In this document: one piece after another, positions 1 to 14,206 of the stretch
Numbering within the stretch: position 1 is the first letter of the stretch
Layout: every line of letters begins with the position of its first letter
NCBI RefSeq assembly: GCF_009914755.1
Contig: NC_060938.1
Reading direction: 5' to 3' (one strand)
Length of the DNA stretch: 64,000 nucleotides
From: the human T2T-CHM13v2.0 reference genome, Homo sapiens
Program-made: the position numbers and the translations under genes
Notes under the pieces: model-generated
Told to the model about the DNA's origin: nothing
Databases searched by the model: none
Seen by the model: only the letters and a program-made list of their open reading frames with translations

Positions 1-123
1 CCTCCCAAGTCACAGTAATAATAATAACCAGGTGCTCTTCTCAGTATTTCCATGTATTAACTCAAAAAATTCTCAAGCCCATTTTACAGATGGGGAAAGT
101 GAGGCAGAAAGAGGCTACGTTCT

Positions 124-535
<412 letters not shown>

Positions 536-1559
536 TGACTGCAGGCTCCTCTGAGGGCACTACCATTTTCTGAGTTCCTGCTTCTGGAAGGCTGGGATGG
601 TATGTGGAGAGACAACAGGAAGCAAGGAGAAGGTTGTGAACTTCTAGGTGGTTCATTAACAAACTTCCCAACTGGGTGTCAGAGTTCCTAAAGGCTCCCA
701 GCCTGTTCCTCGGGATCCACACAGAGGCCCTCCAGGGTCAAAGCTGACAGTCACAGGACCATGACAGCAACCAACCCTCAGGCCCCAAGGCATGCGCCAT
801 TCAAAGGCCCCTCACCAGGACACACACAACCCAGAGGCCCCCTGACTGCCAGCCCACACCAGTGCTCCTGGGAGTCTCAGATGGCCCGGCCCAGCCCTGC
901 CATGGAGACACCAGCCAAGAGCAGGGGCCAGCTGCCCAGAGGAGCAACAGCCAGCATGTCAGGAGGAGCGGTCCGAACACAGAGGATTTCAGGGGGCCTC
1001 AGATCCCAAGCAAACCGCAGCAGGAGGCAGGGCAGGGTGAGTGGGCTTGGGGGATGGAGTCAGTTCTGGCACAGAGGTCCCTGGGGCTCAGAAAGCGAAG
1101 GATGCCCTGCACGGGGGACTGGCAGGCTGGCATCCCAGACCTGTATGTGGCTGCCTTGCTGTTACCATTCAGATCTCAGCTGAGCTGTCATATCTCAGGG
1201 ACTTTTGATCCCCAGTCCAAAATAGCCTCTCTGTCACTCACATCATTCCATTTTATTTTCTACATAGCACTTTCACTTTCTGATATGTTGCTACTTATTT
1301 ATGGTCTGTCTCTCCTCAACTAGAATGAAAACTTCATGAGAGCAGGGGCACTGTCTTGTTCACTGCTGTTTAGTCAGTGCCTAGAGTGGTGCCTGGCAAT
1401 AATACCTAGTAATACTTGTGGAATGAATGGATGGATGAGTGGGCCCAAACAGGCCCAGGCCCTTAAACACTGATGAGGGCAGGTATAAACAGCTAGCTGC
1501 CTCGGTCTCTCTTCCCTCCTTTCTTGAGAAATATAGCCTTCTAAAACATTTAATTCTAG

Positions 1560-2310
1560 CATTTAATTTTTTTTCTAATTATAAAAGCAACATGTGCTCA
1601 CAGCTGAAATTTAAACATTACAGAATGACATAGAAAGCAAAAGTTCCCTGTAATCACACATCTTAGAGAAAGTCACTATTAATGGTATGTTGTGTAGTCA
1701 TCCGGATTCAATTTTATTTTTTAAAAAGCCAATCCATGCATCATAGAAGAAGCATTCATAGGCCGGGCATGGGGGCTCACACCTGTAATCCCAGCATTTT
1801 GGGAGGCTGAGGCGGGAGGACTGCTTGAGCCCAGGAGTTTGAGACCAGCCTGGGCAACATAGTGAGACCTCATTTCTAATAAAGAAAAAAAAAGAAAAAG
1901 CACTCATAATTCTGAACTAACAGCGATTACCATTTCTCCTTTGCAATATTTTCCTATGTGTGTATTTTACAAGTCACCATAATATACTTATTCTGCAACC
2001 TGCCATTTTTACTTGTCATAACTGTTTTTCCAAGTTGTTATATAGCCTCTGTGCTCATTATTATAATGGCTGTGTAATATTCCAGCAAGCGGAAAACTGT
2101 AATTTACTTAACCTAGATGTCCAAAGGGAACAGTTGTTTCCCATTTCTACTACTACAGATGATATAACGAGAATTACCTTTAATGCCTGTAATGGAAGAA
2201 TTCAGCCCTTTTCTTCTCTGGTACTATTTCCTAATAATATATCTTAATGGATAATTCCAGAAGGAGAATCACTGAACCAAACGGTACAACAGCCTTAAGG
2301 CTGATGGCAT
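1560..2310 (-). mobile_element. Old L1ME-like fragments interrupted by an Alu monomer
   Basis: aatggctgtgtaatattcc, gttgtttcccattt, ggataattccagaaggagaatcactg. Confidence 0.45.
1761..1900 (+). mobile_element. Alu left monomer (FLAM-like)
   Basis: Monomer plus A tail; TSD aagca(t/c)tcata. Confidence 0.85.
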
Positions 2311-3241
2311 AAATTGCTCTGGGGAGATGTGCCTCCCATCTGAGGAACGACGTTCCCACAGAGGCACCCATGGCCATCTCTTTACCCCCAACTCCCCTCC
2401 TACAGTCTAGGCTTGCTCACACCACCCTGGCTACAAATCAACTCAAGAACACACTTCCTGAGAAACTCTCCAGTCAAACTGACTTTGTAAGCCCAGGCTG
2501 AGTGGAAAACAGATTCTGGCCCTGAATTATAAACTGTCAACTAGGAGAGTCAAGATCTACCTAAAGTGGAAAAAGACCTGATTACCCCTTTTCTACTCCC
2601 TGCAAATTCCTGCATGGAATCTGAAGCTCTGGGTTCCCATGGACCAGCCTAGGAACTCCAAAAAAAGCTTGTCTGTTCAAGATTGCAAAAGCCCAGCTCT
2701 GCCTGCCATGCCTTCTGGGGAGCTTCCTTCCTGCAGGCCTCTGATCCCACCAGGCTACGGGCCCTGCACAGACATAACAGCCTTCAGGCCAGACAGGCCT
2801 CTGGGGGTTGGGAAAGCAGCCAATTGTCATTTTTTAAGGCATCATCAAGGAAAAGCCAGGGGCTGAGGCTGGAAAGAAAGGCCTGTGAGGACAGGCAGGG
2901 CTGTGCAGTTAGGAGCCTCTCACCCTACCTCGAGCTTGTCTCGCTGAGGAGGAGATGCTGCTGCTGATATGTGACAAAAGCAAGAGGACATGCTCCTCCA
3001 GATCCCCTGGTGGTCACTCTTATGGCAGCTAAGGCTCACAAATCCCCCCACCTCCCAGGGCCCTGGATGCCCTACTCCAGGCCTCCTAGACCAGCAGCAC
3101 ATGCATTGCTCATGGCTTCTGGGCAGAGTCCAGTCCCAGGTGATGCATGGTCCTCACTGCACAGATCTGAAGCCTGACGGCCAAAGTAGATGCTGTTTCC
3201 CAGGTGTGAGTGCTCGCTTCACTCACGCCAGACAATCTGAA

Positions 3242-3896
<655 letters not shown>

Positions 3897-4118
3897 CTGG
3901 GTCTGGCCTGGATTTTAGAGGCCATGTGGCCATAAGACGGCTCCCGCATGTGATGGCCCAATATTGCTTGACATTCCCCTCCCATTGCCCTGTGACAGGA
4001 CCTTGGATGGGGAACAGACTCAGAACTAGAACCTCCAGACTCGTGCCCATGCTGATGAGGTGCCGAGCAGGCAGGATCGCTGGGCTGGTGATCCCCTGGG
4101 TGCTTGTAACATACTCAC

Positions 4119-4291
4119 TTATCACACCCTTGAGTGTGCAGCTCACAACAGACATCAGGATCACTGTCCAGGAGTGTCCTGGGTTAACCTTTGTTGGCTG
4201 GGCCTCAGTGCCATTCTCAGCAACGTAGGCAAGCATCAGCCCTAGGGCTCAGCTGATCCTTGGCTGGGGGGCTGGCAGCTTCCATGTGTCC
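4119..4291 (-). other. TMEM229B: TMEM229B shared 5'UTR exon (173 nt)
   Basis: Minus-strand acceptor ctaat...cctcctcttttattcccAG|G at 4292/4291 and donor TAA|GTGAGT at 4119/4118. Confidence 0.75.
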
Positions 4292-5626
4292 CTGGGAATA
4301 AAAGAGGAGGCTTTTATTAGCTTAAACTGCCCCCAGCAGATCCAAGAAAAACATTGCAAGGGCCTGGGCTCTGGGCTCAGCACCAGACACTCATCCCACC
4401 CTGGCCACCAGGGCCCCTTCCCGGAACCTACCCCCTCCTCTTTGCATCCAGTTTGCTCAGGTCTGATTAATCCAGCCACAAAAGTCTGGGATGGTCCTGG
4501 ACAATCCACATGTCCAGGGTTAGGACTTAGGGCTTCTTGCCTAAATGTGTGAACACTTGTGAATCTGAGAGGGGATATAATTTTAGAATCCAGCTCCATT
4601 CTCATTCAGCTTCAAATTACATTCTCACCTTCACCCTGTAGTGGGTACATCTGTTCTCAAGGGCGGTCAGAACCTCATGGAAGGCAGACAATGTAGGACA
4701 TTCGTTTCAGCACTTTGAAAGCAGAGAACAACCACTCGTGCAGAAAAACAAAATGTGTGCTAAACCTTTCTACGTACTATTCTACCTCTCTAATATTTAT
4801 TCATCTCATTTTATTATTTCACCATTATTATGGTTGAGGCCCTTCCTATGAACATCAGTAACCAGCTACAAGCTAATACAAATCTTACTTTATAATGCCC
4901 TTTGCCATGTACTTTAAAAAAAAAAATCAAGTAGAGACGGGTCTTGCTATGTTGACCAGGCTGGTCTCAAGCTCTTGGCCAACCCTCCCACCTCAGCCTC
5001 CCAAAGTGCTAGGATTATAGGCGTGAGCCACTGTGCCTGGCCAGCCATGTACAGCCATGTTTTTACTACTATCCCTAAGACTTGACTATTTAATGGAGAT
5101 TCCAACATTTTTTGTTTTAATATGAAAGTGCTAAAGCTTCCCTGAAAACCCCCTGGATACAACACCATCTGCATATGCCCAAGGACAGCACTCAGGCCCA
5201 GCATGGCCCTCTGGGACAGCCCAGCCACTCAGAAGCTGAGAACAGTATGTGGCTGGGGGTGGGAGCTGGCACTCCCCTGTGGATGACCAGGCAGGATGGA
5301 CCAGAGGTGCTGGTCTGTGCTGATGCCCATGTCCACCTTCCCCACTCCCCTCTGACCACCAGGGTCTCTGAGTAGAGGCCGCTTGGGCCCTTGCTCAAGC
5401 TGACAACCTGTGAGGCAGCCAGGCAGCCGAGGAGAAGTGAAAGGGCAGGAGTGGGGGAACTGAAACTCACTGTATGGTGTGGTTTTGGGGGGTGCCCCCC
5501 TGGGTCTCCCCCCGGGGCCTCTGCACTGAGAGCATCACAGTGGGCTGCTGTGCTCAGCCTTGCCTCCCCCTCCCCAGCTCCTTCACAAACGGGACCCTCC
5601 AACCCTCCCTGATCTGTCCATCTTAC

Positions 5627-5905
5627 CGGCTTCTTCCAGCCTGCCGGATGGCGGACAGGGGTCACCTTGACACGTACCTATCACCTTGAGGAAAAGGTTT
5701 TAACGGAGCATGTCCGAACCCTCTGGGACTCTCTCTCCACCAGCACCACAAGGACCATGTGCCTGGGGAGTTCAATCCCACCTGTGGAGACTTCTCCCCA
5801 CCCTAGGCCCTCAGCCACATCCACGGCACAAGTCAGAACTAAAACAGAAACAGAAACCAAAGACCACATCCTGCCGGCACAGCCTGCGGGTTACTGCAGC
5901 CAGCT
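5627..5905 (-). other. TMEM229B: TMEM229B proximal alternative first exon (5' end approximate)
   Basis: Minus-strand donor CCG|GTAAGA (plus tcttac|cgg, boundary 5626/5627), 1.3 kb upstream of the shared UTR exon, with modest local CpG enrichment. Confidence 0.55.
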
Positions 5906-6827
5906 CTGGGAGCCCACTGCCTGCTGAGGTGCAGCCCTGGCAGATGAAGCCCCAGCACTCAGAAAGGCTCCTTTTGAGGGCAGTGTCCCACCAGACACCT
6001 CCCACTTCCTGGTCTGCAGGCTTTTTCCCCAGGAAAAACTTAGTTGCAGGGAGGATGAGATGATGGTGCACCTCTCCCTCCAAGTGCATAAGCTGTCCCT
6101 AGGCCTCACTGACACTCCCTATCCCCCAAGAGTAGATCCCAGGGGACAGGGGACCTGAGGCTCCTTTGAGGACTGCAGGACCTGAACCAGAGGTTCTTGG
6201 AACATATGAATGAATGATGAGCCCTTATAGCAACTAACATATGGATGGAACTTAGATCATCTCTCATGATTTTCTCAGGCTCCTGAGGGGCAGGAAGGGC
6301 AGAAATGGTCACCTCTATTTTAGAAATGAAAACACAGAGGGTTCAGGACATTAAGAGATTTGGCCAAATCCAAACATTTGATTCAAATCCCAGTCCTCAG
6401 CCTCCAGAATCACCCTGTCCCCATACAATGTGCCTTCGAACTGCTTCCCACCCAAATCTCATCCTTAAGGCACATGTCTGCATGCAAGGGTCTTCAAGTC
6501 AGTGTAAACTACTTAGTCCATTCCAAGTAAGCTGCTTATTTTGCAAACTTATAGCTGAGTTTGTCCATGCAGCTTCTGGTCAATATGCCTGAGACGCTGC
6601 TGGGAGCGTGAAGAAGCAGAGACCACCGGCCTGTTTCAAGCACTGTCATCTCTCCTGCCCTCCTCTGCAGCCACCATTCTGACTCCTTCTTCCAGACCCT
6701 GCTCCCTCCTCACTCCTTTGCGATGCCGTCCCACAACCTCCAGGTCATTCCATCACTGATGTTCCCAGGGGGATCTGACCATCCTTCAACTGAAACATGT
6801 CATCCCATCTTAAAATTCTTTCTATGT

Positions 6828-7155
<328 letters not shown>

Positions 7156-7954
7156 CTATGAATTTCTTGAGATCATAAAATTTCTGCTGGATGGATGGAC
7201 AGGCAAGGTGGAGAAGGGCCCAGCTGCATTTAAATTCTTGGGCGACTGAAACATCCAATGTTACTAATCAAACATAGCAATGTCTTGTGTTTTTCTCTAA
7301 TTTATAGGCCACCATCACAGATGAGCCATACATGTTGGTTTACTAAAGGCAAGGCTGTCTCTGCAGGTGAAGGAAGCAAGGAGTGTGCTCACTCTCCTTT
7401 CTCCCATCTCCAGGAGCCATTGCACCACCAGAGAATGAAGAGAGGCAGAGTGGGCGGCCTGGGTTTGCACAATACAGAAGGCATGTCCAACATCACGCAA
7501 GGAAGACTGGGGCAGGAACAGACTGTTCCAGGCATCAGGGGAGATACTGCAGCCTCCTATGTGGGCAAGGGGCCAAGCGCAGGTTCAGGTCAGAGAATAA
7601 CAACTCCTGTTCTGTTATTTCTACAATGTGCTGGCACTCTCAAAAGCCACATCAGTTTTCATGCACATAGGATTCACTTCCCAAAGAGGCTACTGGCAGG
7701 AAATTCCCTTCGCACCATTTTCTCTCCTTTCCTATAACTATTTAAGGTAAGCTGGGCTTGCAGGATTGAGTCTCTGCTTCTCTGACCAGAACCTAAAAAT
7801 CAGATCTCTCTCCCCGGCCCCTCATCATCTCCTTGGCCTGGAACCTAACACTGGAGCCAGAAAGCATGCAGGCAAATACTACCTCTGTTTTTTTACCCCC
7901 ACTCTCCTTTTCCTTAACACTCCCCAAATCTCCCTGTAAAGGAAAAAAAGTTTT

Positions 7955-8736
7955 TTCCTTCTGCTCTCACACTCAAAGCAGAACACTTCTGTGACCAGAT
8001 ATGGGGTGGGCGTGGAGGGGGGCAGATATGCCCCCCATATCTGGTCACATTTCTCCAGCAGACACCAACTGGGTCTCCTACAGTTCATTTAAACTCTGAT
8101 GCTATCTATCCTGAGATAGCAGCAGATCCCACATTCTGAGGGCTCAGTCCCACAAGACTGCCCCCACTTCAGATGCCAGTCACAAGTAGATCGTCACCTA
8201 TACTTCTGAACAATTGGTTACAAACCAGGGTTCCCATGACCGCCTCCTTGGGTTCTATTAATTTGCTAGGATGGCTCACAGAACCCGGGGAAACACTTAC
8301 CTTTACTGATTTATCACAAAGGGTGCAGATGAGCAACCAGATGCAGAGATGGATAGGGTGACGTATTGGGGGGTCACCCACCAGCACCGCCACATGTTCA
8401 GCCACCCAGAAACCTATCAAATCTTATTCAAGAGTTTTTATGTAGCTTGATCTCCACCCTCCCACACCTTTCTTGGAGGTTGGAGGGTGAGGCCAAATGT
8501 TCTAATCCTCTAAGCATTTGGTCTTTCTGGAGACTGGCTCCATCCTGAGGCTGTCTAGCCCCTCCACCACCCCACCACTTCCCCAGTAACTTCATTAGCA
8601 TAAACTCAGGTGTTATCAAAGGTGCTTATTATGAATAACAAAAGACATTCCTTTCACTCAGGAAATTTCAAGGGTTTTAGGAGCTCTATGACAGGGACCC
8701 GGGACAAAGACCGAATACATTTCTTATTACACCGCA
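7955..8736 (-). mobile_element. MER21-family LTR
   Basis: The minus strand begins taataagaaatgtattcggtctttgtccc...agagctcctaaaacccttgaaatttcctgagtg. Internal gagggctcagtcccacaagactgcccccacttcagatgcc is typical of MER21. Confidence 0.75.
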
Positions 8737-10759
8737 CCCTGACCCAGGTGCCCACAAAGTAGAGAAGATGCCTAAAGGCCCACTGGGGAGCCCTCTGGTT
8801 ACTCAAAGCCCCCAGTTCTTCTCACGTGACTCAGAACAACCACTTTTACTTATCCTAGAGTAAGAAAAGCCCTGAGCACAAATGGATCTGGTAACTTCCT
8901 ACACCAAGGAGGGGCCAAGCTCAACTACAAAAGCAATCAGTATTCCAGATTCCCTGAGGGGAAAGCCTGTGTCTGTCCAGCTCCCCCAGGAAGCAAGGAG
9001 AGGCCCAGGCCGCGGGGGCCTGCCTGGCATGGGGAAGGTGCATGGAGATGGGAGCCAGGCCCCAACCCCACGGGGCCCTGTCCTTCCCCTCTGTGCCCCT
9101 TGCTCTGAGCTTGGAAGCTGCATTGCCCCACCTGCCTGACATCTCACCCCACTGTCTTCTGTCTCACTTGGAGGCCACCTGTCCTTTCCCTCTCCTCTCC
9201 CCCTTCCTCCTCCCCATCTAGCCCACTCTATCTCACATGCCCCTCTCAAAGTCCCCCACTGAGCAAACCCTGACCACCCAACTCCATCGCCTTGGAGGGT
9301 GGTCTCTGGTCCCACGTCTATTTCCTCCCATTCCCACCCCCGGCAATCAGTAGCTGCTGCTTGCTGCCTGAAAGGCTGGACAGCTGCTGGGCTCTCTAAT
9401 TAGCTGCCTGGCCGCCGTCCCAGAGTGAGGCATGTGTTACTGTAAAGAGCTGCCTCACCTTGCCTTCATCAATAATCCCCTATGCAGATCCCATCAGGCA
9501 GCGGCTGAGAGGCCCTAGAATACTCTGCACATGAGACCAGCAAGCCTTCTCCTGTCAGTCAGAAAAAAGAGGCAGTGGCCTCACAGCCTCACTGGCAAAG
9601 TGACCAGGATTTTATCTGGGTTCTTCCCACTACTGCCCATGTCCTTAGGGTGTCCTGGAGGTTACCCTGCCACGCTGCACCTTCAGAAGTGATGGGGACC
9701 CTGCCCCTTTGTTGCCTCACCAGGGAGGCAGAAAGAAGCCCAGCAGGGCTTTCAGAAGACAAGCCTGGACCGCTCTTATGGTGTGACAACAGGACTCCGC
9801 TTTTCACAGCCTGTACAGCCAAGCCACCTAGAGATTTCTAAACAACAAGGGAACTTAGTCCAAGAAGTCCTGTGGTAGCTGGTTTATTTATTCAAGGTGT
9901 TATATTCCAGCAGTCAACAAATATTTACTGAGACCCAGTGAAGGCCAGGTACTGTACCATGTGTGAACAAGACAATGTTCCTGCCCCCTTGGAGCTCACA
10001 GGCAGGTGGGAGATCAGCAATAACTAAGCAGCTCTAAACATACTATAAGTTTTAATATTATGCCATGAAGATGGGGAAGGCCAGGTGGGGGAAATAAAGA
10101 AACCCGATGCTGGAAGGTGAGTCTTAAATGTTAAGGAGGTAGCATTTGGGCATAGGTTAGAAAGATGAGAAGAAGCCGTGCAAAGAACTTTGGGAAAAGC
10201 ATTCCAGGCAGAGAGGACAGTTAGTGAAGAGACCCTGAAGTAGGAGAAAGTTAGACAAGTTTGAGAAACAGCAAGGCCAGAGTAGCTGGTGTTAGGCACA
10301 GTTTATCTTCAAAGGTTTCAGTTCCTTGTTCTTTGTTCTATTCTGAAAGTAATCTTACCCATCCATCTATCAGCCCTCCCTATCTCTGTTGCACCCAAAC
10401 ACGCCCAAGCATATGCCATCACCTGTGTACTTGTCTTTCCCGCCAAGTGCCCACCCTTGCCTCCTTTGATGATGTCAACAGTAGCCAATCGGAATTAGTT
10501 TAGATTGTGCGGTCCAACCCCAGCCAACACAGGGAGGACACAGGAACAGGGTCTGTGTTAGGGATAAAAACCCCTGCTCTCCTTTGTTCAGTGTGCTCTC
10601 GTGATCGTAACTGACACAGGCCGCACCCTTCTGCAGGAGTAAATTGCCTTGCTGAGAAAACTTTTTCTGCCTGAGTGCTGGTTTCACTTTGCGACACCAA
10701 GCTTTATTTCCAACACTGAGGGTCAGTGTGCTTTGGATGCTGTCAATACCCTGCCTGTT

Positions 10760-10960
10760 GGGGTGAGCATCAGGCCCCAGCCTGGCCAATCACAGCACCA
10801 CATTCCCCTGGTTCTGTGATTGGTTCAGGGATGGATACATGCTCCAATCAGAGCCAATCCTGAGATTCTTGTTGGAATGGCCACAGAGACCACAAAAGAG
10901 GCATCCTTTTCTTTTTTGTTTTGGACTTGGAGCTATAAGGATGTCAGTCTGAAATTGACA
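10760..10960. mobile_element. Old ERVL LTR fragment (LTR16/LTR33-like)
   Basis: ggccaatcacagca...gattggttcagggatgg...ccaatcagagccaatc motif string typical of these LTRs. Confidence 0.4.
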
Positions 10961-11948
10961 GGGTAAGGCCAGGGGCAGTGGCTCACACATGTAATAAACT
11001 TATTTATTTATTTAAAAATAATTTTTTTTTAATTGAAGGATGAGAGTTGTTCTGGGGAATCTGTGACAGTTGCTGTCTGCTCTCCATCTGAACCAATCGG
11101 TACTGTTCCTTTCCTTAAGTAACAGTCCACAGGAAAGACCACCATGCACTCAGCTGGACACTGACCCCAGCCACACCAGGCACCTCCACCATAAGCCTTA
11201 AGCCCAACAACCCCTGCCCTTCACTCAGCCCCTTACTGGACAGCTCCATCTACTGAGAAAGCACCCAGTCTTGCTAATGCTTAAAATATGGCGCCAAACA
11301 GCACTTAGGCAAGAGTAATTAAAGGGAATGTTATCTCAGTCAGTCTCTCATTAACCATGTAATTAGACTGCTGAAAATAATTAACATTCCTTTTGACAAA
11401 GGATAAGAGGACCCATTACATTCATTAGGACAGCCTCAAACCAGCCTGAGAAAGGCCGAGAAGAGAATTTAGAAATGAGACCCAAAGAGGTTATGCAGCT
11501 TTCTCAAGGTCACAGTGCTAGTAAGGGCAGGGCTAGGATTTGAAGCCAGGCAGTGTGCCTGTGGGTTCTGTGCTCTATCAGAGAAGCAGCTGTGGGGGCT
11601 ACAAGGTTTCAGCCAGCAAATCCAGGCACAGGAAGGGCCCTGAATTGGTGGTTATTGAATCTGGAGCAGCCAGGCCAATCGGCCCCGCCCCCACACACCA
11701 TGCTTATACTCTGGACACGGGTTGAGAGGTAGGGGATGCCTAGACCAGCTCTTGTCAGTGCTCAGCAGGTACATCCCACCCTCCTGTCCACAGCCGGTGA
11801 TGGCTGGCTGTGGTGCACAGAATCAGCATTCACAGAGAGGTGACCTGAAGACCCCAAGATCCAACAGAGGAACACAGAACGAAGGCTCGCCCAACATTTG
11901 ACAAGAACCAAGGCTACAGAAGAAGCACCAAATTTTAAAAACAGAAGT

Positions 11949-12090
11949 GGCCAGATGCAGTGATTCAGGCCTGTAATCCCAGCGCTTTGAGAGGCTGAGG
12001 TGGGAAGATTGCTTGAAGTTAGGAGTTTGAGACCAGTCTGGGCAACATAGTGAGACTTTGTCTCTACATAAAAATTTAAAATTAAATAAA
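11949..12090 (+). mobile_element. Alu left monomer (FLAM-like)
   Basis: Monomer plus A-rich tail. Confidence 0.8.
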
Positions 12091-12539
12091 GCAAATGGGG
12101 CAAAATGTTAATCACAGGTGAATCTGGGTAAAGAGTATATGAGTGTTTTGTACTGTTCTGGCAACTTTTCTGTACATTTGAAATTATTTCTAAATAAAAA
12201 GTTTGGAGGCAAAAACATCAGGGACCCTCTTATTAGGACAGGGGGTGGGGCCCAGGAACAGACATGGAGGCAAATCCAGGGAGAACCACACTGGTCATCA
12301 GAGGTCTCCACTGGGCACAAAAATTCCAGCTCTGGGGTTTCCGCCTGCCAAATCCCTCCTGGAAACATTTCCTCTTCCAATTTGGCCCTCCTTTTTCTTG
12401 CTTCTCCATTGATTTACTCCCACCTCCTCCTCCCAGGATCAACAACCTTGCAGAAGGCATCCATCCTAATGCCAGAAGACGGGGTTAAACTTTGGAGTGT
12501 ATCCGTATATGTAGTTAATATTTCCTGGAGATATTTTGA

Positions 12540-12903
<364 letters not shown>

Positions 12904-13178
12904 GCCTTCTGGATTTTATATTTTATTTCCCCTAAAGTTACATGCTATTCCAAGTCACACTGCCTGACTTAGGCCTTGAGGCCATGTTCCTACCTTCTGA
13001 TCTCTCAGGCAGGCTTTCTAGGGTAGGTGCCCCATTTCAACACCTCAGCACCATCACAGCCACCTAATTCCAAAGCAAAGCCCTCAGACACAGGCACAGC
13101 CTCCTCCTCAGGTTCACTGTCACAGCTGTGTGTGGCCATGTTAGATAACGCACAGCCAAACAGCTGAAAGAGTCTTTA

Positions 13179-13695
<517 letters not shown>

Positions 13696-13711
13696 TAGAC
13701 GTGAGAGAGGT

Positions 13712-13935
13712 GTCCTCCCTCTCCCTCCCTCCTTTCTTCCTATTCTTTTCCCTTCCCCTTTTCTTTCTTTCTCTCTCTCTCTCTTTCTTTCCTTCCTTCC
13801 TCCCTCCTTTCTTCCTATTCTTTTCCCTTCCCCTTTTCTTTCTTTCTCTCTCTCTCTCTTTCTTTCCTTCCTTCCTCCCTCCCTCCCTTCCTCCCTCCCT
13901 CATTTCTGTCTTTCTTTCTTGCTTGCTTGCTTGCT
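13712..13935. repeat. Polypyrimidine low-complexity tract with a 75-nt tandem duplication
   Basis: The tattcttttccc block occurs at 13741 and 13816; tract is the tail of the adjacent Alu. Confidence 0.9.
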
Positions 13936-14206
13936 TGCCAGAGTTTCATTCTTGTTGCCCAGGCTGGGGTACAGTGGCGCAATCTCAGCTCACTGCAACC
14001 TCTGCCTCCCGGGTTCAAGTGATTTTCCTGCCTCAGCGTCCTGAGTAGCTAGGATTACAGGTGCCCGCCACCACACCTGGCTAATTTTTGTATTTTTAGT
14101 AGAGATGGGGTTTCACCATGTTGGCCAGGCTGGTCTCCTGACCTCAGGTGATCGGCCCGCCTCAGCCTCCCAAAGTGCTGGGATTACAGGCCTGAGCCAC
14201 CGTGCC
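13936..14206 (-). mobile_element. AluS
   Basis: Alu consensus whose tail has become the CT-rich tract. Confidence 0.9.
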
